A DNA stretch of 51,970 nucleotides from Patescibacteria group bacterium (lineage in GTDB: Bacteria; Patescibacteriota; Patescibacteriia; 2-02-FULL-49-11): the NCBI GenBank assembly GCA_041645165.1, contig JBAZQN010000001.1:1-51970 (forward strand), in the 5' to 3' direction. Under the pieces are notes generated by a model. That model made no database searches. It saw nothing but the letters and a program-made list of their open reading frames with translations, and was not told where the DNA came from. The position numbers and the translations under genes are program-made. Below, one piece after another: positions 24,995-33,372 of the stretch (position 1 is the stretch's first letter; each line of letters opens with the position of its first letter).

Positions 24995-25135
24995 GTAACT
25001 GCTCACTGGGACATTCTCCAATCCCGCAGTGGAACCCCCTCTTTTGCATCTCCCCCTGACAGGGGAGAACAACGATTGTCCTCCCCCTAAAAGGGGGAGG
25101 TATGGTGGGGGTGTCGATGGTCAGTGAGCAGTTAC
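24995..25135. repeat. Nested palindromic element, family B (compact copy)
   Basis: Outer 14-bp perfect inverted repeat GTAACTGCTCACTG / CAGTGAGCAGTTAC. Inner ACCCCCTC...GGGGGTG. Hairpins are TCTCCCC-CTGAC-AGGGGAGA and CCTCCCCCT-AAA-AGGGGGAGG. Confidence 0.85.
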
Positions 25136-25239
25136 ATCGTAAGCGCTTCACAAACGGGATTAAGCCGAGTAAAATAAAGACAGTAATTATCCTTTTTAAT
25201 GCGTCCGGGTGCGCATAGTGCGCCCGTGACCCTCTATCT

Positions 25240-28200
25240 ATGTTCAACAAAATATCTACATGGTGGTCAGGAGGACCGGTGAAGCGAGCCGTACTCGTCG
25301 GCGGAACGCTCTTGGTCGTGGGGGTTGCTGCGGCATCCCTTTTTTATTCCTCTTCTCGTCTGATCGCGCCCGGCGATGTCTTCACTCGCGACACCAGGGA
25401 TCTCTTTGAAGGATTCACCCGGCTCGTATTGTCAGGGGCAAACGCGCAGGACAACTTTGAGCTCAAGGCAATTGCATCGGACAGCCTGGGGGTGGAGCCT
25501 TCCTCCGCCTATCTGCTTACCAGCAAGGAAGATATTGAGACAGCGGACGTGGGGGAAAGCATCCGGGTGACACCTGATGCGAAGTTTTTTTTGACTAAGA
25601 GAGCGGCGAAAGAATGGCTCCTCGCCTTAACAGAGCCGCTGTCGCCCAATACACTGTTCAAGGTGGCGCTCGCCGCATCATATCAGGACGCGGGAGGGGA
25701 GGACCAGACGCGGGATTATGAATGGGCGTTTCAGGTGAAGGATTCCTTCAAGGTGCTCCACAGCATTCCGCGCGACGCGGCAACGAGCGTCCCTTTGAAT
25801 TCCGGCATTGAAGTGACCTTCAGCCATGACAATTTTATTGACTATGAGCGGTTCGTCACGATCACGCCGCGGGCAACCGGCAAGTTTGAAAAACACGGCC
25901 GCACGCTGGTCTTTGTGCCGGAGGCTCTCTCTCCCGCCCAGGTGTATACGGTGACCGTAAAAAAAGGGCTGCCGCTGCAAGGGAGCGGTGAAACGCTTGC
26001 CGAGGACTACTCGTTTGCGTTTGAAACGCAAGTTACCGCAGACTCATTCTCGCCCGACGCGCCCTGGTTCAGGATTTACCAGAAACTCCAGGATGTGAGC
26101 ACTACTGAACCTCCTCTGATACAGCTCTCCGCGAGGAACATGAAGGATAATGCGGTTGAAGTGGCCGTCTATCCTTTAAGCAGTGAAGCAGAATACCTGC
26201 AAATGCTCGACCGCCGCGACCAGCTGCCGTGGTGGGCGTATTCAAAGGATTATTATTTGGATGATACGTCGAGCCGAAAGGCGCTCACCTCATTTAAAGC
26301 GCCAATCCAGGAAGAGGAAAATGTGCAGTTTGTGCGTTTCACGGGGAGCCTGCCGCCGGGATACTTTTTGGCAGAACTTAAGAACGGCGACCTGCGCGAT
26401 CAGGTATGGATTCAAGTGACTGACGCTGCTGCGTACGTGAATGTGGCGAAAAACCAAACCGTCGTCTGGGCAATAGATTTGGCCGCGAAGCGGCCTGTGG
26501 CAGGCGCCCGGGTGGAGCTCATCGGCACGGGCAAGGCATTTTCCGCCAATAGCCAAGGAGTTGCGGTGTTTGCCACGCCGCGAGAATTGGTGGACGCTTC
26601 ATCCCGTCAGCAGGAGCGCAAGCGCTATTATTTTAAGGTGAGCTTTGCCGACAAGGAGCTGATTATCCCCGCGACGTATCTTTCCCGCAGCTATGGCTAC
26701 TGGAATGACAGCGGCGCGGTTGAATACTGGAAATACCTCTATACCGACCGTCCCCTGTACCAGCCGACGGATACGATAAAATTTTGGGGGCTTCTGAAGC
26801 GGCGCGACGAGGGACGCGTTGCTGATAATGTTACGTTGACGTTGTATAAAGAGGGATACGTTGATTACTATTATCGGCCAGTGGTGATTAAAGAACAGGC
26901 GCTTGAGATAGATAATCTCGGCGCTTTTACCGGGGAAATAGCTATCAAGGATTTGCGCGCCGATTCTTATTCATTGGAGCTTAAAGTCGGCGATGAAGTC
27001 ATTGAGCAAAAATATATACAGATCAGGCCGTACGATAAGCCCGCGTATCAGCTCAGCCTTATTCCAAGCAAGAAAGTTGAATTTGCGGGCAATGCCATCA
27101 CGCTGGAAGCGCAGGCTTCGTTCTTTGAAGGTACCGCAGTGCCTGATTTATCCCTGGTGTTTGAAACGCCGGAAGGCAAAAAAACGGTCGTCACGGACGC
27201 GGAGGGGAAAGTGAAGCTCACCTACACCAAGGATTATCATGAGTGCAAGAGCGATTACCGCTGCTGGCCGGAATATGCATGGTTGAAAATCAGTCCCGAG
27301 CTTTCTGAAATCGCGGAAATCGAGGCAAGTGCCAATCTTTATTTTTACGGGCCTAAAGCGTACGCCACCAGCAAGGTTAGTTATCCCGCCAAGGGGCGCG
27401 GCAAGGTGGAAGTGGCGGTGAGTTCGATTGATTTGGACAAAGCCGAAGACGGATATTGGCGCCTCGATGACGAAAAAGAGAGAGCGCCGAGCGCCGGTAC
27501 GAAAATAGAAGGCGAGATTATAAAAATTACGCATAGCAGTACGGAAATAGGCACGGGGTATGATTTTATCAACAAGCGCACATATAAGAAATATTCATAT
27601 TCCACACATGAAGAAAAGGTGGATTCCTTCAGCGGTGTCACGGACGGCTTTGGCAAATATGTATACGAACGTAATATTGAGCCGGAAACATCGTATCAGG
27701 TCAAACTGAAATATTATGACGCCAACGGCAGGCATGATATCCAATCTGCGTATTTATACTACTATGACGGCGCGCATTTGAATCGCTACGGAGGGGCTGG
27801 TTATAATTTTTACCACCTTCAGATCCCGGAGGATAATGCGTTTTCCATGGGGGAGCAGGTCGTGGTTGATTTCGCCAATAACGACGAGAGCTTGCCGGAT
27901 AACGGGAATAATTACTACCTTTATCTGCAGTATCAAAACGGTTTTCAGGAATATGCAACTTCCCAGACTTCCGAATATTCGTTTCCTTTTGAAGCGCGGG
28001 ACATTCCCAATGTGAACCTGTCGGGAGTGTATTTCAATGGAGAAACGTTTATCGTGGCGGGAACAGGATGGGTCGGCAATTCCATCCAGTATGACACTGA
28101 TGATAAAACCCTGCAGATTGAAATCGTGCCGGATAAGAACCAGTACAAACCGGGCGAGGAAGTAGCGCTCAAGGTCACCACGCGCGACGCGCGCGGCCAG

Positions 28201-30651
28201 CCTGTGTCGGCGGCGGTCAATCTGAATCTGATTGATGAGGCGTTTTACGCCGTCATGGACAGCCAAGCGAGCCCCATAGATTCGATTTACGAAGGCTTGT
28301 GGTCAGGATCCGTATTTTCTGCCTATTCACACCGCCGTCCCGAGAACCAGTTCGGCGGCGCGGAGAAAGGCGGTTGTTTCTTGGCAGGCACACAGATTTT
28401 GATGGCTGATGAGAGCCTTAAAAATATTGAAGACGTCGAGGCGGGCGATGAAATACTCACGCTCGAGGATCCGCGCACGAATAAAAAAGTGAGCAGCACC
28501 GTGACTGAGCTCTATTATCACGTGGTCAGCCACTACCTTGTCATTAATCACGAGTTAAAGGTGACGCCGGAGCATTTGGTATATGCGAATCTGGGATTTA
28601 CGCCTGCGGGTGATTTAAAAGAGGGAGACTGGATGCTTAAAGAGGACGGGGAGCATGTGTTTGTCACTTCTCTTGAAGCGGTGCGAGAGGTGGTGCCGGT
28701 CTATAATTTAAAGGTAGAACCGCAGCATACGTATTTCGCGGACGGATATTTTGTCCATAATGAGAAAGGCGGCGGCCCGAGGGAATTTTTTACCGATGCC
28801 GCGCTCTTTAAAACCGTCGCCACGGACGGCCGCGGCCAGGCGCGCATGTCGTTTACCCTGCCTGACAATATCACCTCGTGGCGCGTGACCGCCCAAGGGT
28901 TAAGCTCCGGCCTTGACGTCGGGGTGAGCGTGTCCAAGATTCCCGTTTCATTGCCAGTCTTTATCGAAGCGACCATAGGAAAGGAATATTTAGCAGGCGA
29001 TGAACCAGTGGCGCGCCTGCGTTCATTCGGCGACTCCCTGATGCGAGGCGATCCCGTCACTTTGAGCCTGACGGCGCCGGAATTGGGCATTGCCGATCCG
29101 CAGGTGAAACAGTCACAAGCCTTTGTCCCGGAATTCTTCCCATTGCCGAAATTGACGCGCGGCACGTACGTGGTGACCTATTCGCTCGATGCAGCAAGCA
29201 AAGGCAAAGATGCGGTGAAGCTGCCTTTGGAAGCGGTTGGCTCAAGACTTACGGTGCAGTCGGTGCAGACCCAGGATGCCACGGAGGGCTTTGTGTTATC
29301 AAATACGACCAGCCATCCCATGGCCATTATTTTTAGCGATAAGCAACGCAGTGCGGTCTTTAGTACGTTACAATGGCTATCCTGGTCATGGGGCGATAGA
29401 ATAGACCAAGGCCTGGCCCGCACGATCGCCCCGAAGATGCTCAATGAAACGTTCGGCGTAAACAGGAGCGTACCGGAGTTTGCCGCTTCGCAGTACCAAG
29501 TCTCAAGCGGGGGATTGACGTTGCTGCCCTACAGCAGCGAAGACTTGGAGCTCTCCGCACGTGTTGCTGACTTGCACGTTTCAGGATTTGATGAAAATTC
29601 TCTGACCCAATATTTCTTCCGCAAGCTTGAGAATAATAAAAGCAATAAAGAAGAGGTAACGCTTGCGCTCTATGGGTTAGCCGCCCTGCAGCAGCCGGTG
29701 TTGCCGAGGCTCCGGGCGTGGCTCGAGCGGGATGATTTGACGGTACGGGAGAGGTTGTATGCAGCCCTTGCGGCCTATGCGCTCGGTGACGGAGAACAAG
29801 CCAGGTCCCTTTACCGCGATATAATGAATCAGTACGGACAAATCAAAGAGCCGCATATCATTATCAAGGCCGGAGATTCAGATGATGAAATATTAAATAA
29901 TACGGCCTTGACTGCAGTGCTCGCGTCCTATTTGAACGAACCGCAGCAGTACGGCTTGTGGGGTTACCTGCGCTTCAATCGTCCTCAAGAGATATTGCTG
30001 TATTTGGAAGAGTTAAATTTTGTCAAAGCCAATCTGGCGCGTTTGGTAAACAAACCGGCGAGTGTCGAATTTCAAGTGAACCAAGACGCGGTGACCGCCG
30101 CGCTTGACCGCCCGCGTTTTAGCTATGCGTTCGAAATGCAACCCGGTGATGCGCTGAAGGTGATAAAGTCTGCGCCTGACATGGTTATCACTGCGAATAC
30201 CCCGCTCCCTTTGGCAGAAAGCGGATTGGAAGCAGATTCTGACATCAGTATCCGTCGGGAGTATTATGTGAATGGGCAAAAGACCACTACCTTCAACGAG
30301 AATGACTTAGTGGAGGTTCGGTTGATGCCGGAGTTTAAAGGCGGGGCGCTTGACGGCAATTACCAAATAACCGATATTCTGCCCTCGGGATTGCTGCCGG
30401 TCACCAAGCTGTACCGCGGCGGCGGTGGCTCTGATTGCCATTATTGGTACCCTTACCATCGTGAAGGGCAAAAGGTTAAATACATGATTAATAAGAACTG
30501 GCGCAGCACATACTGCGGCGGATCCTACATTATATATTACGCCAGAGTGAAGACGAAGGGCTCGTATCTCGCGGAACCCGCAGTCATCCAGTCGGTGCTC
30601 AATCCTGATTTTATGAACTTTACCGGCGAGGATAAAGTAATGATTAAGTAA
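25240..30651 (+). CDS. Membrane-anchored alpha-2-macroglobulin-family protein (thioester-less) with embedded Hint domain, 1803 aa
   Basis: - N-terminal TM segment and a bacterial Ig-like (SbsA/Big_5-like) domain.
- MG2-type motif YTDRPLYQPTDTIKFWG.
- A2M_N_2-like motif IVPDKNQYKPGEEVALKV...NLIDEAFY.
- A2M-domain motif REFFTDAALFKTVATD...LPDNITSWRVTA.
- No CxEQ motif anywhere downstream. Confidence 0.8.
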   Translation: MFNKISTWWSGGPVKRAVLVGGTLLVVGVAAASLFYSSSRLIAPGDVFTRDTRDLFEGFTRLVLSGANAQDNFELKAIASDSLGVEPSSAYLLTSKEDIETADVGESIRVTPDAKFFLTKRAAKEWLLALTEPLSPNTLFKVALAASYQDAGGEDQTRDYEWAFQVKDSFKVLHSIPRDAATSVPLNSGIEVTFSHDNFIDYERFVTITPRATGKFEKHGRTLVFVPEALSPAQVYTVTVKKGLPLQGSGETLAEDYSFAFETQVTADSFSPDAPWFRIYQKLQDVSTTEPPLIQLSARNMKDNAVEVAVYPLSSEAEYLQMLDRRDQLPWWAYSKDYYLDDTSSRKALTSFKAPIQEEENVQFVRFTGSLPPGYFLAELKNGDLRDQVWIQVTDAAAYVNVAKNQTVVWAIDLAAKRPVAGARVELIGTGKAFSANSQGVAVFATPRELVDASSRQQERKRYYFKVSFADKELIIPATYLSRSYGYWNDSGAVEYWKYLYTDRPLYQPTDTIKFWGLLKRRDEGRVADNVTLTLYKEGYVDYYYRPVVIKEQALEIDNLGAFTGEIAIKDLRADSYSLELKVGDEVIEQKYIQIRPYDKPAYQLSLIPSKKVEFAGNAITLEAQASFFEGTAVPDLSLVFETPEGKKTVVTDAEGKVKLTYTKDYHECKSDYRCWPEYAWLKISPELSEIAEIEASANLYFYGPKAYATSKVSYPAKGRGKVEVAVSSIDLDKAEDGYWRLDDEKERAPSAGTKIEGEIIKITHSSTEIGTGYDFINKRTYKKYSYSTHEEKVDSFSGVTDGFGKYVYERNIEPETSYQVKLKYYDANGRHDIQSAYLYYYDGAHLNRYGGAGYNFYHLQIPEDNAFSMGEQVVVDFANNDESLPDNGNNYYLYLQYQNGFQEYATSQTSEYSFPFEARDIPNVNLSGVYFNGETFIVAGTGWVGNSIQYDTDDKTLQIEIVPDKNQYKPGEEVALKVTTRDARGQPVSAAVNLNLIDEAFYAVMDSQASPIDSIYEGLWSGSVFSAYSHRRPENQFGGAEKGGCFLAGTQILMADESLKNIEDVEAGDEILTLEDPRTNKKVSSTVTELYYHVVSHYLVINHELKVTPEHLVYANLGFTPAGDLKEGDWMLKEDGEHVFVTSLEAVREVVPVYNLKVEPQHTYFADGYFVHNEKGGGPREFFTDAALFKTVATDGRGQARMSFTLPDNITSWRVTAQGLSSGLDVGVSVSKIPVSLPVFIEATIGKEYLAGDEPVARLRSFGDSLMRGDPVTLSLTAPELGIADPQVKQSQAFVPEFFPLPKLTRGTYVVTYSLDAASKGKDAVKLPLEAVGSRLTVQSVQTQDATEGFVLSNTTSHPMAIIFSDKQRSAVFSTLQWLSWSWGDRIDQGLARTIAPKMLNETFGVNRSVPEFAASQYQVSSGGLTLLPYSSEDLELSARVADLHVSGFDENSLTQYFFRKLENNKSNKEEVTLALYGLAALQQPVLPRLRAWLERDDLTVRERLYAALAAYALGDGEQARSLYRDIMNQYGQIKEPHIIIKAGDSDDEILNNTALTAVLASYLNEPQQYGLWGYLRFNRPQEILLYLEELNFVKANLARLVNKPASVEFQVNQDAVTAALDRPRFSYAFEMQPGDALKVIKSAPDMVITANTPLPLAESGLEADSDISIRREYYVNGQKTTTFNENDLVEVRLMPEFKGGALDGNYQITDILPSGLLPVTKLYRGGGGSDCHYWYPYHREGQKVKYMINKNWRSTYCGGSYIIYYARVKTKGSYLAEPAVIQSVLNPDFMNFTGEDKVMIK
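28375..28761 (+). other. Hint / bacterial-intein-like (PT-HINT-like) autoprocessing domain within the A2M-like CDS (aa 1046-1174)
   Basis: Block A is CFLAGTQILM (Cys1). Block B is TPEH. Blocks F/G are VYNLKVEPQHTYFADGYFVHN. The next residue is Glu, not Cys/Ser/Thr. There is no endonuclease domain. GAGAAAGGCGG occurs at 28363-28373 and 28762-28772. Confidence 0.8.
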
Positions 30652-30653
30652 TC

Positions 30654-32426
30654 ATGCGCAAACGTTGGGTCATAATAATATTGTTCGTTTTGGCGGGGGC
30701 GCTGCTTTTGAGCGCCCTCGCAATGTTCAGCGGCCGGAAGCGTCCGGAGGTGAGCGCTGTGGATCTGAAGTCTGCGTTGCCTGTCATCGCCTCACAGCCG
30801 ATGTTTTTCGAGTTTGATAATTTTCAAAACGCCCTCGCGCGCGCTCAAGCAATTGCCCCGCGTGCGGATATACACGCGGTGGTCGTCCCGCAGCATTTAC
30901 TCGCGTCCTCATTGATTGCAGCACAAATAAAACGGGCAAGCGGCAGGCGTATCACCTCCGTGGCCATTATCGGCCCCAATCATTTCAACGCAGGGGTGGA
31001 GCGCATCGCCTCCGCTGCGGCTGTGTGGCAGACCGAATTCGGGGAGGCAACGTCAGACTCGGCGCTTACCTCAAAATTCATCAGTGATTTTGGGTTGCTG
31101 GGCGATGCGGAGGTTTTTGCGAATGAGCACGCCATAGGGGCAGTAGTCCCGTTTGTGAAATACTATCTTCCGGAAGCAAAAATCCTGCCAATTGTATTTA
31201 ATTCCTACGCCACGCTGCAGGATGCGGAAAAGGTGAGCGCCTGGCTTGCGGATAACCTTCCCCGTGACAGCTTGGTCATCTACTCGATTGACTTTTCACA
31301 TTACCTGCCCAGAGAAGAGGCGGATCTGAAAGATATTGAAACCAGAGCGTTCATCGAAGGCGCGCAGGTAAGCCGGATTATGGCGCTGGGCAATGACCAT
31401 CTTGACTCACCGGCCAGTTTGGCTGCCGCGCTCCTGTATGCCGATAAGAAGAACCTGCGCGCCGATATCGTCGCGACAAAAAATTCCGATGACTTCAGCA
31501 TTGAGCGTACACAGGAAACGACCAGTTATTTTATCATCACCTTTTCTCCCGATGATGCGCCTGAAAAACGCAAGGCGGCGACTTTGTTATTCGCGGGGGA
31601 TGTCATGCTTTCGCGCGCCGTCGGAGACGCCATGATCCTCCGGAAGGATTGGTGCTGGCCCTTCAGGCTCTCATCCGCATATACTCGCAAAGCGGATATT
31701 TTTTTCGGCAATTTGGAGGGCCCCATTTCAGCGAGAGGCAAGAGCGTCGGCAGCCCTTACCCCTTCAGAGCCGACCCCAAGGCGGCGGAAGGGCTCTCGT
31801 GCGCCGGGTTTGACGTGATGTCGGTGGCGAATAATCACATCGGGGATTGGAGCAGGGCTGCCGCAGAGGACACGTTCCGCATATTACAAGAAAATAATAT
31901 CGCGTATGCCGGGGGCGGATTTGATGTGTCAGAGGCGCATGCCGCGAAAGTAATAGAAGCGAATGGCGCCAAGTTTGGTTTCCTGGCGTATACGCCTTAT
32001 GCCCCCCGATCGATAATTGCATCTGAACACGAATCGGGGGTGGCCGCATTTTCCGTCACCGGCATGGTTGATGACATAAAAGCCGCGAAAATAGCATCCG
32101 ATGCGGTTATTGTTTCTTTGCATTTCGGCGACGAGTACGCGCGAGCAGAAAATGCAAATCAGCGCAATTGGGCCCATGCAGCCATAGACGCAGGAGCGAA
32201 ACTGGTCATTGGCCATCATCCGCACGTGGTACAGCGCGTGGAACAATACAAAGACGGGTACATCGCCTATAGCCTCGGTAATTTTGTGTTTGACCAGACA
32301 TTTTCTTCCCATGTCATGGAAGGGCTCCTGCTCAAAGTGGTATTTGAGCGCGGCGAGATTGCGAGCATCGCGCAGATTAAGGTGGAAATATCGAATAGTT
32401 TTCAGGCGATAATTGCGCAGGAATGA
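30654..32426 (+). CDS. Membrane-anchored fusion: Memo/AmrB-like domain plus CapA-type (PGA_cap) metallophosphoesterase domain
   Basis: The N-terminal half has VVPQH, IIGPNHF, NEHAIGAVVPFV and SIDFSHYL (Memo-like order of motifs). The C-terminal half has LLFAGDVML, FGNLEGP, SVANNHIGD, LHFGDEY, GHHPHVVQ and YSLGNFVFDQ (CapA-like). The start lies 3 nt after the A2M-like stop. Confidence 0.75.
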   Translation: MRKRWVIIILFVLAGALLLSALAMFSGRKRPEVSAVDLKSALPVIASQPMFFEFDNFQNALARAQAIAPRADIHAVVVPQHLLASSLIAAQIKRASGRRITSVAIIGPNHFNAGVERIASAAAVWQTEFGEATSDSALTSKFISDFGLLGDAEVFANEHAIGAVVPFVKYYLPEAKILPIVFNSYATLQDAEKVSAWLADNLPRDSLVIYSIDFSHYLPREEADLKDIETRAFIEGAQVSRIMALGNDHLDSPASLAAALLYADKKNLRADIVATKNSDDFSIERTQETTSYFIITFSPDDAPEKRKAATLLFAGDVMLSRAVGDAMILRKDWCWPFRLSSAYTRKADIFFGNLEGPISARGKSVGSPYPFRADPKAAEGLSCAGFDVMSVANNHIGDWSRAAAEDTFRILQENNIAYAGGGFDVSEAHAAKVIEANGAKFGFLAYTPYAPRSIIASEHESGVAAFSVTGMVDDIKAAKIASDAVIVSLHFGDEYARAENANQRNWAHAAIDAGAKLVIGHHPHVVQRVEQYKDGYIAYSLGNFVFDQTFSSHVMEGLLLKVVFERGEIASIAQIKVEISNSFQAIIAQE

Positions 32427-32455
32427 AATTGAATCTCTTTTTATAATTCTGCCGT

Positions 32456-32488
32456 GTGGCACATTTGCAGCAAATGTGCCACTTTTTT
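32456..32488 (+). terminator. Strong Rho-independent terminator
   Basis: GTGGCACATTTGC-A-GCAAATGTGCCAC followed by TTTTTT. Confidence 0.85.
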
Positions 32489-32525
32489 GTATATAGTGCA
32501 TTGCTATTCAGATTCCGATTTTCAA

Positions 32526-32644
32526 CGTCATTCCCGCCCCGTATCAAGGTACGGGGTAAACTCCGGCGGGAATCCAGAAACCAAAAGAAAACACCGATTT
32601 TTATTTATTTTTTGTCTGGATTCCTGATCTCGGTCAGGAATGAC
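32526..32644. mobile_element. MITE-like palindromic element, family A (second copy, opposite orientation)
   Basis: CGTCATTCCCGCCCCGTATCAAGGTACGGGG...GGAATCCAGAAACCAAAAG...TCTGGATTCCTGATCTCGGTCAGGAATGAC. It matches the reverse complement of 709-828. Confidence 0.75.
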
Positions 32645-32789
32645 ATTATCGGAATTAGGTTAGCAATCTAGTATATTTCCCTCTGTAATAAATTACGCTA
32701 TACTGTGTAGTACTTATTAGAAGCGCCAAGGTTAATCCTTAAGCGCTTTTCATAACACCGTCGCATTATCCATTTAAATTCACAAAACT

Positions 32790-33368
32790 ATGGACCAGCC
32801 AGTCCCTACCCAAACCCCTGCGCCCGGCGCGCAAAGCAGCCCAAAGAAAGGCGTTACGGCTTCTCTTATTGCCGTGATCGCAGTCGCGGCGATCGGCACC
32901 GTGTACGCGTTTTTTTCGAAAAAGCAAGCGCCCGTAGGTCCGCAGCCCTCATCAGGCGCAGGCGCGCTTCCGCCGCAAAATGAGCCGACCCCAGAGGCAC
33001 CTCTGCCGTCAACGCTCGCGCCAACGCCAACGCCGTCAGTGCCGGTTACCCAAGCCCCTGCGCAAGATGAGTATAAAGACGGCACCTATACTGCGGTAGG
33101 CAATTACGTGTCACCGGGAGGACCAGAGGAAGTAGGCATCACGCTCACACTTAAAGATGATACCATTGTTGACACCTCATTTGAGATGAAAGCGTTCCGT
33201 CCCAAGTCTATAGAAATGCAAACTGCGTTTGCGGAAAATTACAAGCAATTTGTGGTTGGCAAAAACATTGACGAAGTGAATCTTTCCAAAGTCTCGTCCT
33301 CATCACTCACGCCGAAAGGGTTCAATGATGCTTTGGAGAAAATTAAACAACAGGCTACCCAATCGTAG
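32790..33368 (+). CDS. Membrane-anchored FMN-binding-domain-like protein
   Basis: TM segment, Pro-rich linker, then YKDGTYTAVGNYVSPGG...ITLTLKDDTIVD...VSSSSLTPKGFNDAL. This aligns by eye with the FMN_bind pattern (YxDGxYxG...vSGATxTSkav). Confidence 0.6.
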   Translation: MDQPVPTQTPAPGAQSSPKKGVTASLIAVIAVAAIGTVYAFFSKKQAPVGPQPSSGAGALPPQNEPTPEAPLPSTLAPTPTPSVPVTQAPAQDEYKDGTYTAVGNYVSPGGPEEVGITLTLKDDTIVDTSFEMKAFRPKSIEMQTAFAENYKQFVVGKNIDEVNLSKVSSSSLTPKGFNDALEKIKQQATQS

Positions 33369-33372
33369 CAGT

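Noticed and set aside
28375-28761. Interpretation of the Hint domain as a classical, homing-endonuclease-associated splicing intein.
   Set aside because: It is a 129-aa mini domain without endonuclease blocks, and the +1 residue is Glu, so the canonical transesterification step is impossible. The block F/G sequence (VYNLKVEPQHTYF...VHN) looks more like the BIL/PT-HINT type. I therefore report it as an autoprocessing domain, with its outcome (cleavage or non-canonical splicing) left open.
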